In this document: piece by piece, positions 13,101 to 24,830 of the stretch
Layout of the letters: every line of letters starts with the position of its first letter
Numbering within the stretch: position 1 is the stretch's first letter
NCBI RefSeq assembly: GCF_947568905.1
Contig: NC_079172.1
Coordinates: 60,760,001 to 60,824,000 of the forward strand
DNA from: Ostrea edulis
Lineage: Eukaryota
Direction of reading: 5' to 3'
Length of the DNA stretch: 64,000 nt
Notes under the pieces: generated by a model
The model's database searches: none
What the model was told of the DNA's origin: nothing
What the model saw: only the letters and a program-made list of their open reading frames with translations
Position numbers and translations under genes: made by a program

Positions 13101-16100
13101 CAGAGATTTATCATAGCAATAAATCCAGTAGGGAGGGTGGAGAATTGAACAGCAGGGGGAAAGCAAGTGCAGAAAATAACAGTGGTAAACACACATCGAA
13201 AACCAAAGATCGCAGAAGACAAACGAAAGAACCACAATCTCAAATGGGTAGGCTCTATGTACAGATATGATTGTATGTGAATCTCTCGATTTAGCTGATG
13301 GAAAATGCATCCACCTTTGTAATTATAGTAGTAAATGCCTACATGTAATATGTTTTGAGAGATTTTCTGGGAAACAAATTGGGTGTTTGAAAGGAAGGTT
13401 TGGTATTTCAATCTTCTCGGCCTTAATATAATCAAAGGAGCCAAATACAACCTTCTGTATATACAGACGCCTGGTATTGAATATATGTGTAGAGTGGGAA
13501 ATAATATTAACATAAAGAAAGTTGACTTTGCACTAGACTTGTTTCAAAATGAAATTGATAAATCACTGGGAACTCTCGATGATTGACAGAGCAGACCAGA
13601 GGGTGATTAATTCTTCATTCTTTACAGTGTATCAAAGTGCTCTATGTTAAATAATATTCAGTAAAATTGAAACTTTTGAACAATAATGATCAGTTTTTGG
13701 AGGTTGATAATGAGGCATGCTGTTGTACTGTGCACGAGATAGCAAGGTTTAACACGGTAGCTCCGACATGCAAACAGGTGCTAATAGTGCAACACAGCAG
13801 ATATTTTATGTCCAGTTCCATCGATTTTTAGTTTTCAATACTGATTAAAGTCCAAGATGTATGGTCTACTGAAATTAGCTCTTCCTATTGATTGATTAGT
13901 TAGAGGGTTGATGGTGTCAGTGTTGCTAGGAAAGGGGCCTGTCAACACTCGAAACCCACATCTGTTACAAAGTTTCTTTTACCTAAAATATACTCGGAAT
14001 GAATGTTAGGTTATAATGATCTTAAATGTTTACACACTGAAGTGAAACTTCTTTTGATAGTCGGAAGTTTAAAGTTCTTCAATGAAGACCACCAATTGAT
14101 ACTATAAGCATCTACTATAGAGCTTAAAACAAGTTTAAATCCTTTATATTTAGGTTTTGATTAAACAATGAGAAATGTACTTGCCAAATAATTTTCTCAC
14201 ATGGTTATTTAAAGATAATATCCGTACATGAGGAGAAATTATGGAATTTTCCCAAAACGGATATCATGATATTGTATTTAAAATTGTGAGAGAAAGAAAC
14301 ATGATAAAAAATCATATAGTCTAAGAGCAGACACAGACGAAATCGAGGTCTTTTCGTAGTCACATGTCTGTGCTGTTCGTTTTATCTGTCAGAATTTGTG
14401 TAGACTGTGAACGACTTTAATACGTAAATACTAACTCCTGTTTCTATGATGATTGTCTCTGTTTATACAATCACGAGAAAAGGAAATCGCGGCTCCGTTC
14501 CGTTGGGACACATTCAGTAGAGATTATGATGCTAGCAAGATTTGTGAAATTTACAATGATGGGTGGAGTTTTCTGATCCTAAAGCTAAATTACATGCAAA
14601 ATTAATGGACTTCTCACAATAGATAAGGAATCTTCAGAGCTAGATGGGAATGGACATTTTCTGTATGCCACAGCAGATGATTGTAATCAATTTTTGAATA
14701 AAAATATTATTTGAAAGAAAAATTCAGTGCCACAAATTTAATCTCAATGATAACATTAAATTCTTATTTTCTGCTTTCATTAAATTATACATGTAATAAT
14801 GCTCTCTATTTCTATTAATCTTCTGAATTCATTAATTAAATATTTGACATGTCTTGTTTAATGTCTGAGTATATTAGTATTCTGTTTGAATAGCAACAAT
14901 AGTGTTTCTTTTTATGAATATATGCCTCATTGATTATTGATTAAGTTCTTGCATTCTTCATAAAGCACCCAGAAACTTTTTTGGCTATTGCAAACAATTT
15001 ATTTACTTCTGTAATTGTAAAACATGAATTAATTATGCATTATTTATGAAGCTCATTTTCAATTCTGTTAACCTACACAAATTGTTTGATAAGAAACTGA
15101 GAAACGTTGGCAAATGTTTAATGAAATGCAACTTTTTGTTTCAGAGGCGCTAGTTCCTGTAAAAACAGGAAGGTCCTCTCCGGGAAAACTGGCATCTCCA
15201 CGGAAACTAGGAAAGGGAGAAATTCCCCACAACCACCCAGACCGATCGTAAGTATAATGGCCTGCTCTTTAGACAAGTGGGTCAGGGAGGGAGAAAATGT
15301 GACCAGCCAGGTACTGATTTGAACTAAGGACCTTTGTATTGTAGTACAGACTATACCACTTGAAGAGTTTTGGTCACTGGTTCGAAACCGTTTCACTGCA
15401 ATGTTTTCTTAAAGTTGTTGCTGATCTACACGTTATATTGTCGTCAACTATCTCTGCAGTCGTGTAATCTTTGTTATTTTTCTGCAGAAGAAAGTTGAAC
15501 AACAGATTTGATGTGTACAATCATTACCGACGGGATCTGAGTTCCAACACTTAAAATACATGTACCTATAATAAAACAGGAATGTATTTCGAAAACATGC
15601 ATATTGCATGATCATCATGTTCTATATGGTCTCCAAAATTTGGGCATTTGCTCCGAAATTATATTGTACTTGAGCAAGGATCTTGATGTATATTATTTCT
15701 TGCCTATTCATTAACCAAAATGATCTAAATTCAGAAAATTGACATAATAAAAATAACATTTCCCCTTCATTTTTACATAAAATTAATTTTTTCATGCAGT
15801 TTTCCTTTCAGAAAAATATCTATGAGTGCAGACTTGGACAAATGATGTTTATGCAATATATTCAAGTGACAGAAAAATTATATTAGATATTGCATTTCTA
15901 AATAACTGTTAATCTTATAGACAAAATAATGAGAAACTGTGTTGGACATGATTTCTTTTATTGAATGACATAAAAGTTTAATATCTTCCTTAAAATTTTT
16001 AGGGTGTCTGAGTATCGTAGTGAGTTAATGCACTTGTATCTCACCGCTGCGACCCGAGTTCGATCTTTAGGATCGGCAGTGGGTGTATGTGAGAAGTTAA

Positions 16101-19100
16101 TGTGGTCACCCGCTTGGAGACGTGGGTTTTCTCCCATATCAATAACCTCTTCGTGCAAAAATCCCAGCTGTTGTAGAACGTGTTTGTTAATCATCATAAA
16201 ATAAATATTAAGTTTAAACTTTTCAGTTTTAGGGGGGGGGGGGCTGAAAATAGCTGTTATCATTTTATATATGTATTTTATTCTTATCGCTGCAATAACC
16301 CAGATTCAACTTTTACTCCTTTTGCATACATTAGCACAAAGATATTAAAATTCATGTTGCTAGTTTTGTATAATTATTTGGCCTCTGAATTGTATAGGGA
16401 AAAGAAAAACCAACTCCTTAGGTAAATTATGACAGTGTTTCTACAATCTCACACATATATCCGTAGTCCTCCCCACAATTTACAGGGTTTTTTTTCTGCA
16501 CAGCTTTTTACGACTGATGCTTTAATTTTTTCCATTAATATACCTAAGTGAAGAGTTCAAAATTTCCTGTTGAAATATTTGTAATTGTCTATGTACACAC
16601 TTCACTGGTGTGAATGTGTTTTCTGCTTTTTGAACAGAAATCCTTGATGTAGTGATATTATTCTAGATTTGCTTATGTTTCAAAATTTTGAAGCAGAGGA
16701 AAAAAAAATAACTTCACCCTTATTTGTAGCATATAGCACCCTGTATTCCTATTAAATAATATATCTCACCCTTACTAAAAGAAATAGAGTGTATTGATAT
16801 TTTATCGTATAAGTACAAAATGTGTGTTAAGAAATAAATTTCAAAATACACGAGGGTATGAACTGTTATGCTGCCTGCTGAAATGCTTCAGGAAGTATGT
16901 TAGTATGCTGGTGTGAAGCATCACAGTTCATACCCTCGTGTATTTTTCAAAGATGAAATTCATTTTTTCATATTTACATTTTACTTTTTACATTTCTGTT
17001 GGAATTCCCAGGCGTACTATATTCATCAAGATTCATACGCACATTGTTCACATTCATGAGGAAATGACTATCATTTCAATTGGTAAAGATTTCAACGATA
17101 AAAACATTGGAAATGTAAATATTAAGAAGCAAATTTCAAAATACATGAGGGTATTAACTGTTCCGCTTTACGCTGGCATACTTCATGCAGAGTACGTGTT
17201 AGCGAAAAGTTTGTCAGCATGAAGCACTGCAGTTCATACTCTCAGGTATTTTCAAAATGAAATTAATTTTTTTATATTTATACTCTACTTTCATTTCTGT
17301 CAGAATTTCCAGCCATTGAAATAGACGTACTATATCTGTTATCTGTATTCATACATCGGTAATATTCACAACTGCAGTGCATTCATGGCTATATCATTAC
17401 AATATGTGAAAATATCAAAAGCAATTGGAAATGTAGATATTTTTTAATATTATTACAAACATGGAAATGTCATTAATTATCATTTTTTATTTTTATGCAT
17501 TGTTTTCAGTATTCTGTATGATGATGAATTTTATCCAGACGTTTTGAGGTGAAATTTCGAGGAACTACTTTTTAAGTGTCGCATTGAAGTGATGTCACAT
17601 ATTGCGACTTTCCGTGTTTAATCATTGGTTTGATTTGTTTTCTTTTTTAACAACTGTGTTTAGAAAAACTGTTAAACAGTAATCCAAATATTTCAGAATT
17701 ACAGAAATAAGAATGCAATCAAATGCCCTTAGGAAATTTGATATATGGCAACGCCCAAGGTATATATGTTTGATGGAGCTATCATCTGGCTGGGGGATTG
17801 CAGCACATGATTACATATGACATGTTTCGGTCACATCACTATGGCAACAACATTCATTAATGCATTGGATTTTTTTTTCTTTTACCAGAATATTAATATT
17901 AATAGTCTCAATACATTATAGACAGGCACTGCTTTATTATATATATATATACTGTCAATGTTTAGGGATGTGGTGTGATTTTAGGATAAGGTGAATTTTG
18001 AGTGTTTCCATGGTTACAGTGCATTGATGTAAGTTTTTTTCCTGTGTGGTATTAATTGGCATGTTGGTGACTGACTACACAAAATTTAATGATCCTGTAT
18101 TGAACTTAGAAAATTCTGCGCATGAATGAAAAAAATCAGTGCATGAAATAGTGTATAACTGAAGTTTACTTTAAAACTCTGCATGAGCTACTTTTTTATT
18201 TACAGATTCTAGTTGATGTATTTCCCTTTCAATTTACTTAGGCTAGTTCCCCTTGTTCTGATGTTTTAGACCACTAGAGTTCTTCCAATCACCAACAATA
18301 TAGATATTTAGATTTTATAGATCTTGCAGTGTCTGCAAGAGTTATGTCCCGTGCTATACACTAAGAAGGTTGGCTGTTAAGGTGTCCTATAGATGTGAAA
18401 GCTACTGTGATCATAAGGAAATTTTCATCCATATGTGCATAAATGTAATGTGACCAACTTAGAACATTAGAGTGATATGAACTGAACTGTGTACATAATA
18501 TTAGTGATACTTACTGCAATATTTTTAATGGCCGGGATTTACATACATAGTTACTGGGATCATTCTGTGTGGGATTTACAGTTTCAGTGGGGCAATTTTT
18601 TGTGAGATTTGATGATCAAGTTAATGGAAAATTTTGTATGGGATTTACATAGTTACTGGGACAATTTTATGATGGGATTTACAATTACTGGGACAATTTT
18701 ATGATGAAATGTATACATACTAGTTATTAATTTAGTACAATTTTATGATGGCTAGGATATTTGCATTTACTGGGACAGTTTTATGATGGGATTTACGTTG
18801 TTACTGGGACAATTTTATGATGGGATTTACGTAGTTACTGGGTAATTTTATGATGGGATTTACGTAGTTACTGGGATAATTTTATGATGGGAATTACATA
18901 ATTATTGGAACAATTCTATGATTACATAGTTACTGGGGAAATTTTTTGATGGGATTTACATAGTTACTGGGACAATTTTTTTTTTGATTTATGTATAGTT
19001 ATACTGGGTTAGTTACTGGGACAGTTTTATGATGGGATTTATGTATAGTTATACTGGGTTAGTTACTGGGACAGTTTTATGATGGGATTTATGTATAGTT

Positions 19101-22100
19101 ATACTGGGTTAGCACTATGTAGGATTGAGTATATGACACTAGGACTGATCTGTCTTGGATCTATATACACTGTAGTTACTGCCCTACAGACAGCTCTATG
19201 AGGGATTAACATAAATACCATTCTGTATCGTGGACATCAATATTTGGACAACTCACTGCCTGAGTCGGACAAGATCTACGAAATAGTTTTCAAACTTCAG
19301 CTTAGCTTAATCCTAAGTCGTTAACCTTACATGCTTAATATTTAAATGCTGTGTGGTGCATTTTAACATTTTTAAAAAAGATAAAAAGTACAAAGGCTTG
19401 TAATTGTAGAGTAATTCATTTTTGAATTAAACTTTTTGAGAACTATAATTCAATTTTTAGATAACGGTGCAAACATGATAAAGTGTTGACTTTACATATT
19501 CTTATAAAAACAAACAGTAAATTGGTTTAATTTAAAATTATTTATTTTGTATTCATATTTTTATTTGAAATGTTTACATCATGTTTTGAAGTATTGGTGT
19601 AAAAATCAAGGGCGGATCCGATGATTTTGGGTATGTAAAAAAACCCACTTACTGCCCAGTTCTTAGTAGTACACTGCATTTAGTCAGACCCATACGCAGA
19701 TCACGTCACTGGCTTATCTCCCCTTAACATATAATCAGAGTATTCTATGATTTGCTGATAGTGAAATTAATTCTAGTACTTTTAATTAATATTGGAATTC
19801 TTGTTGAATGGAGAATTACAAATCAGCGATACTGTATGTGTATTATAATAATTAAAAATGTCAGTTTATTCAAAATTTAACACAATGGTAGATTATGATC
19901 AGGACTGTTTTGTTTATTTCGGCATGCAGTAAATAAGTTTGGTCACCTCATCCTCCAAAATATAACACTGATAAGAGCTCACATACGGTACCGCTTTATA
20001 AAATCATACTATGAAGTACTGCTTTATAAAATACTATGAAGTACTGCTTTATAAAGTACTATGAAGTACTGCTTATAAAGTACTATGAAGTACTGAGAAG
20101 ATGTACAGTTCTTTTAATCACACACTGAGTAGCTAGTATATAAACAATTATATGTACCTTTACATTCATAATGAAATCAAACTTGTGTACAATTTTATCG
20201 ATAAGTGGTTTGGAATTTGTATATTGTATTGAATAGGACAGCAGATATGTAACATTTGTTTATTTATGAGAATTTCTTCCCTGATCATAGTACACTTGTA
20301 GAAACTTGTTTACATCGGGTGCTTGTATACACAATATAGCAGTACAGTGTATCATTCATACACCACTGTAAGGAGTGTAACCATGAGCATGAAATAGTAC
20401 AGGGACATACAGACTCTTTGTTTGTCAGTCCTCACCTTAAGTCTTGATCATAACTTTTGGGCCATTCAAGAAAGACTAATAAAGCGACTTCATGTTAGTC
20501 AAATGAAAGGCTAAGGTCAAAGGTTAAGGTCAAATTTTATTTTTGGCCAAAACATATGAAATTATAAAAATTCATTTATGTAAAGAGCCAAAGTCAAAAC
20601 TTTTTTGGTTCAAGGTCATCTGTGAAGGTCAGTCTTTCTTCTTCCTATAAAAGGATTTAAGAAAAATTCAGATATAATTATGTCACAAACACACATTTTT
20701 CTTGTAATACTGTCATTCTGTTCATTAAGAAAACCACTCCAACAAATCATATTGAAAAAACTACTTTAATTAGAATTATATTTCATGAATGATGCAGTCA
20801 TTGTAGGTGATTGTGTCATTTCAGTTCCTACCATTTTGAGAGTCGTGGATTTTACGACCCATCCATCTACTTATATCCAACAACTGACAATGTACCCCGC
20901 AGTTACCTAGAGGAGAAGGAAATGGAATGCCTGGCTAAGGACGAGACTATTAGGGTGAGTTGTGATACATCAGACAATGGAGCGCGGGACTGAATTATTT
21001 ATTACAGAATAATCCTGCTCCGTGTCTCTGAGACTTTGTCAGGACTGGGTGAACTACTAGCCTGCTTTGGCAGCCATCCTTACTAGGAAGTCCTTTGAGC
21101 TTTGTCCTTAATAATAAAGTCGTAACAATTTCCACTTACAGGATTTGATGTCAGTCTTAGATTGTCAGTCAGCCTCCAACAGAAATCACTTAAAGCTGAG
21201 CTGAGAGCATTGAATGTTTATAAATTGTATTAACCAGCTACACAGAGTGCAACATCATGTGACCGAGATCTGAACGAGCAGGCCTCAGATTAAAAGTTTC
21301 TTCCATTTTTTTTTGGTCTGGTACATTGAAATACTCATTGATTTTAAAAGTCACAGACTTGTATCAATTCCACTAGATTTACCCAGCAGCCTGACATGGC
21401 TTCAGACTCCGGTAAAGAAGACTCAATTCACCAGCAATATGTATACCATAATAGTGAAGCAGCACTGCACTCTATTGATGGTCAAAGCCTGGGCTTTAAC
21501 AGTCCTAATGGCCCGGACTATGGCAGTCCTGATGGCCTGGGCTGTGACAGTACTGATGACCTGCGCTGTGACAGTCCTAATGGCCCGGACTATGGCAATC
21601 CTGATGGCCTGGGCTGTGGCAGTCATGATGGTCTGGGATTTAGCAGTCCTGATGGCCCAAGCTGTGGCAGTCCTGATGGCCTGGGCTATGGCAGTCCTTG
21701 TGGTTTGGGCTATAGCAGTCCTTATGATCTGGGCTTTAGCAGTCCTAATGATCTGAGCTATGGCAGTCCTGATGGTCTGGGCTGTGACAGTCCTGATGGT
21801 CCGGACTGTGGCAGTCCTGATGGTTTGGGCTGTGACAGTCCTAATGGCCCAGGCTGTGACAGTCATGATGTTCTGGGCTGTTGCAGTCCTGAGAGCCCAT
21901 GCTATGACAATCCTGATAGTGCAGGTTGTGGCAGTCCAGACGGCATTAAGGCTTTGACAGTTTGATAGCCCGGGCTACGGCATTCCTGATGTAGAAACAT
22001 GTACTGTAAATCACTTATATATGTCACGATACTAGTTCCGCGATTTGACTTGTTTTGTAGATGTTAAATACGAAAGTGAACAGATTAGAACAACTAAACA

Positions 22101-22970
22101 GGATTAAAGAAGAGAGACTCACAGACATGAAATACCAGCTTGTCAATGACTTTAGAATACTTCGCTTTACCAACAAAAGACATTTCCTACGATAATCTAA
22201 TTTTTGGCACATCACAATCCCTGATTTGTCCCACTGAATTTTTTCTTGACTAGCAGCAATATTCACTATACCCTCTACTAATGGATACTGTAGTTCCCAT
22301 CAGGAGTTCATGAATTGATGTTTTCAAATGTAGAGGGGTTCTTATTTTCAATTTTCAGTCTATAACGACAAAAATTCTTTTGTCTAAATCACATTCAACA
22401 GAAAAAAAACCTCCCCAAATAAACAGAATATTCTTCTTCTGAGAACGAAATCATTTATGAACTCAGGAATTTTACTTTTTTGTAGATACTGAATTCCAAA
22501 ATCAGGAGATTAGAACATCTCATACAGCTTAAAGATACGCGGCTCCTTGAGCTCCAGGGACAATACAGTCGTGAGCAGAGACTGTATTACATGGCCGCTA
22601 GAAATAATATTTTACGATAACACAACATTAATATCGTATTCTTCTCATTTCATTAACATCACCTCAATGTTTATTTCAGTGTACCCTCTTGCTTTGCTCA
22701 CTATTTTTATGTTATAGTCTTGACTTAACTTTAAGTTTTTTCCGTGAATTGAATGCTACTCACTCTTACTTTACGTCGACTGGACTTGGGGAAACCTATT
22801 GCATGTTCACCATTTTTTCATGTCATATTTTGTAGATGCTCAATTCAAAAATTCGACGACTTGAACACCTCTTACAGTTAAAAGAAACCAGAATGTTAGA
22901 TCTACAAGGGCAATTAGCAAGAGAGCAAGGCCTGTACTACGTAACCAGCAGGAAAAATGTTGTCAAATAA
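943..22970 (+). CDS. SPEF1: Sperm flagellar protein 1-like, copy A (multi-exon; exons 943-1102, 6789-6900, 8212-8444, [unresolved middle], 20825-20954, alternative last exons 22061-22195 / 22486-22620 / 22836-22970)
   Basis: LYQWIDRIPLSRPKKNVGKDFSDG / VLIAEIINHYFPKLVELHNY...NWYLLNR / RVLRKLDLDLSDEVIRALANCKPKVVEKVLMLLR and C-terminal EEKE..L.KDETI / LNSKIRRLEHLLQLK are characteristic SPEF1 motifs. GT-AG boundaries have consistent phases. Confidence 0.88.
5944..6214 (+). mobile_element. SINE-like family A (about 270 bp, (CAAT)n tail)
   Basis: Homologous to copies at 9971, 47453 and 48738. Confidence 0.8.
6789..6900 (+). CDS. SPEF1: SPEF1-A exon 2 (112 nt, phase 1 to 2)
   Basis: tttcag|...|gtaaat; VLIAEIINHYFPKLVELHNYSPAAATKQKMENWYLLNR. 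Confidence 0.92.
6967..7170. mobile_element. MITE with TA TSD
   Basis: TA|CTGTAAA..AACTTTTATT ... AATAAAAGTT..TTTACAG|TA. Confidence 0.55.
8212..8444 (+). CDS. SPEF1: SPEF1-A exon 3 (phase 2 to 1; frame also reads through to a stop at 8572)
   Basis: ttttgtag acceptor; RVLRKLDLDLSDEVIRALANCKPKVVEKVLMLLRLQID; GTAAGT at 8445. Confidence 0.85.
9181..9819. repeat. 40-bp minisatellite x16
   Basis: ctctgacaggggtggacctgcacacgccatttatttataa. Confidence 0.95.
9971..10245 (-). mobile_element. SINE-like family A
   Basis: (ATTG)n tail and body collinear with 5944-6214. Confidence 0.8.
11870..12047. repeat. About 53-bp tandem repeat x3
   Basis: tataaatgtcaaatgattggtacatactctctaac... Confidence 0.85.
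12235..12449. repeat. 43-bp minisatellite x5 (each unit carries CAGGTGAGC)
   Basis: ttgtgactcccactgtcactcaggtgagcagaatgtcccatgg. Confidence 0.9.
12833..13247 (+). CDS. Candidate alternative first exon (or nested gene) in SPEF1-A intron; S/R/K/E/G-rich
   Basis: 145-aa ORF with good Kozak context (aactATGg), richer in GC than its flanks, degenerate SGELNxR repeats, phase-1 donor ATGG|GTAGGC. Confidence 0.5.
16002..16140 (+). mobile_element. Degenerate tRNA-derived SINE
   Basis: B-box-like GAGTTCGATC at 16056 followed by a GGGTTTTCTCC core. Confidence 0.5.
16840..17300. repeat. Two diverged copies of a hairpin-forming unit (22-bp perfect arms at 16844-16865 and 16924-16945)
   Basis: aaatacacgagggtatgaactg ... 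cagttcataccctcgtgtattt. Confidence 0.65.
18530..19110. repeat. Degenerate about 33-bp minisatellite
   Basis: ttactgggacaattttatgatgggatttacatag. Confidence 0.85.
20825..20954 (+). CDS. SPEF1: SPEF1-A penultimate exon (130 nt, phase 2 to 0)
   Basis: NVPRSYLEEKEMECLAKDETIR|gtgagt; same length and phases as the copy B exon at 52145-52274. Confidence 0.88.
21396..21965 (+). CDS. 189-aa ORF with 19 octapeptide repeats (GSPDGLGC consensus; 24-bp tandem repeat); possible alternative last exon
   Basis: No indel across 19 diverged units; in-frame phase-0 CAGCAG acceptor at 21384-21389; own ATG in good context. Two other frames are also largely open. Confidence 0.4.
   Translation: MASDSGKEDSIHQQYVYHNSEAALHSIDGQSLGFNSPNGPDYGSPDGLGCDSTDDLRCDSPNGPDYGNPDGLGCGSHDGLGFSSPDGPSCGSPDGLGYGSPCGLGYSSPYDLGFSSPNDLSYGSPDGLGCDSPDGPDCGSPDGLGCDSPNGPGCDSHDVLGCCSPESPCYDNPDSAGCGSPDGIKALTV
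22061..22195 (+). CDS. SPEF1: SPEF1-A alternative last exon T1 (MLNTKVNRLEQLNRIKEERL...FLR*)
   Basis: ttttgtag|ATG, 44 codons + TAA, coiled-coil homology; AATAAA near 22418. Confidence 0.72.
   Translation: MLNTKVNRLEQLNRIKEERLTDMKYQLVNDFRILRFTNKRHFLR
22486..22620 (+). CDS. SPEF1: SPEF1-A alternative last exon T2 (ILNSKIRRLEHLIQLKDTRL...ILR*)
   Basis: tttttgtag|ATA, 44 codons + TAA. Confidence 0.82.
   Translation: MLNSKIRRLEHLIQLKDTRLLELQGQYSREQRLYYMAARNNILR
22836..22970 (+). CDS. SPEF1: SPEF1-A alternative last exon T3 (MLNSKIRRLEHLLQLKETRM...VVK*)
   Basis: ttttgtag|ATG, 44 codons + TAA; ATTAAA near 22999. Confidence 0.82.
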   Translation: MLNSKIRRLEHLLQLKETRMLDLQGQLAREQGLYYVTSRKNVVK

Positions 22971-24830
22971 AAACACACCTCTCCGCCTTGAGCAGAGAGA
23001 TTAAACCATGTGATCCAATGCATATTGCAGCGCGACAACAGTATTGTGAAACATTTTCTCGAGACCATCCTCTCTTGCTTGTGTCTTTGTGTGTATTGTC
23101 TCATCATGTATATCAAATGACCAATCACAAGTTCTCTAACAAGTGGTGTGTGGGAATCTCCTACTAACTTATGTAACAAGCATGATCACTGGGTCTGGAT
23201 TGTGCTGAATTGACTGTGATATTTTTCTGTGATAATTCAGATTATCAGTGTATATATACATTCACATCTCCAATATTTTATTGAGTTATAGTCAATATAT
23301 TTGGTGTTAATCACCTCCATTGTAATTGAGGTCACTGATTGCTCAGACTAGTTTTTTCTTTCATTATATAAAATTAACACAGAATTTCTTTTGCTTGCTT
23401 CTAAAAAAGACTCGTAGTGTGAGGATGTAATGCTTTCATAGTGTTTGCCTTGGATCAGTTGAAGCAACTCTAAATTCGTGTATCATACGAATGACTTATT
23501 ATCTAAGTAAAGATTTATCAGTGTTGCCCATCAACTCAAGCTTGCTTTATTTTGAGAGTTCAAAGCTTAGGAAATTTTATGGCACCTTTCGTGAGACACC
23601 AGAGGGCAGCACCTGGCTGTAGATCCTCCTACCCCCTTTTTTTATCTCCCTTTATTTTAAAAGGGTTTTTTTTATCAAATTTTCAAACAATTTATCTGTG
23701 GGGTGTAGGGGTGTGTTAATTACTGTTGGGGAATGAAGCCTCTTTGGAGAAATTCTAGAATTCACATTGTAAATAGTGTACATAAGTCAAAATAACTCTA
23801 GACTCCTAATGAAGGCTTATAACCCTGAGTGTGAAGAATTCCGTGTTTGCCAAAGTGTTGTACATAAGAAAAGGGCAACTAATACTCTTAACAGTTATAC
23901 ATCCTAAATTTGTCATCAAAACTAAAATCACTATCTAAAGAAAATATTTGTATGGAAAGGGGTTTTCCTTGTTAGTAATATTTCTCAACAATTATAGTAC
24001 AATTATAGTACATAGTAAATAGTCATTTTTGTTTGGACTCTTTTAACTTGTGTTCTCAAGCTTCTTTGTTCTGTCTGGCTTATTTTATGAGGTCTAGATA
24101 TTTTTTTTTTTTTAAAATCTGTCTTTTTATACTTTCTTTTGTGTTTTTACAAATCTGAACATGCATGAATATGTCAAAATTTGGAATTCTGTGTAGAATG
24201 AATATTTCTAGTCTTATCTTATATAATTGTGCTGTGCATTTATATGTTTGAAATACAGGGAACTGTCATCCATCATTAATTCAAAAAGTGTATAATTAAA
24301 TTATATGTCAATTTTTGTTAAAAAGACAAGATTCGTCGTCGATTTTTTATGTATGGACAATCAATACCGGTTCCTGTTTTGTATTCATGTATGAAAGCAA
24401 TGTCAATTGTTTTTACGTTTTCATTGGGAAAAAAATCTTTTTGCTCCTTAAATGATGGTGTTTTTGATTTGTTCACAGAATGTTTGAAATTTATATACAA
24501 ATTTTGTGTTATGCAACATGTTTGGGCTTTGTGTTCAATCTAATTGAGGAAAGAATTACAGTGATTTGGCTACAATCATTACAAGCTGTATATCACACTG
24601 ACTCTTCACACAGAGAGTTGGGAGGAAATGTCTGAATGCCTTCTTTTGTGTTGATGTATACAAAAGTTACCATTATTTATGTAAAAGAGATATATTTATT
24701 TACAAGTTCAATTAAACTCTTTCTACCAGACCATGTCCTTTTTCTTATTAAATTGAAGATATTTTATTGTCAATATATGAAAGACGAAAGGAATGGGCAC
24801 AATTTCTTAAAACTTAGAGCACCCTTTCCT

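Noticed and set aside
13022-13513. 163-aa minus-strand ORF
   Set aside because: Antisense shadow of the 12833 ORF with no domain features
15488-15554. Exon candidate RKLNNRFDVYNHYRRDLSSNT
   Set aside because: Open only in phase 2, with no convincing donor before the stop
21142-21204. Further phase-0 last exon (DLMSVLDCQSASNRNHLKLS*)
   Set aside because: Good acceptor but only 20 codons and no homology; compatible with chance
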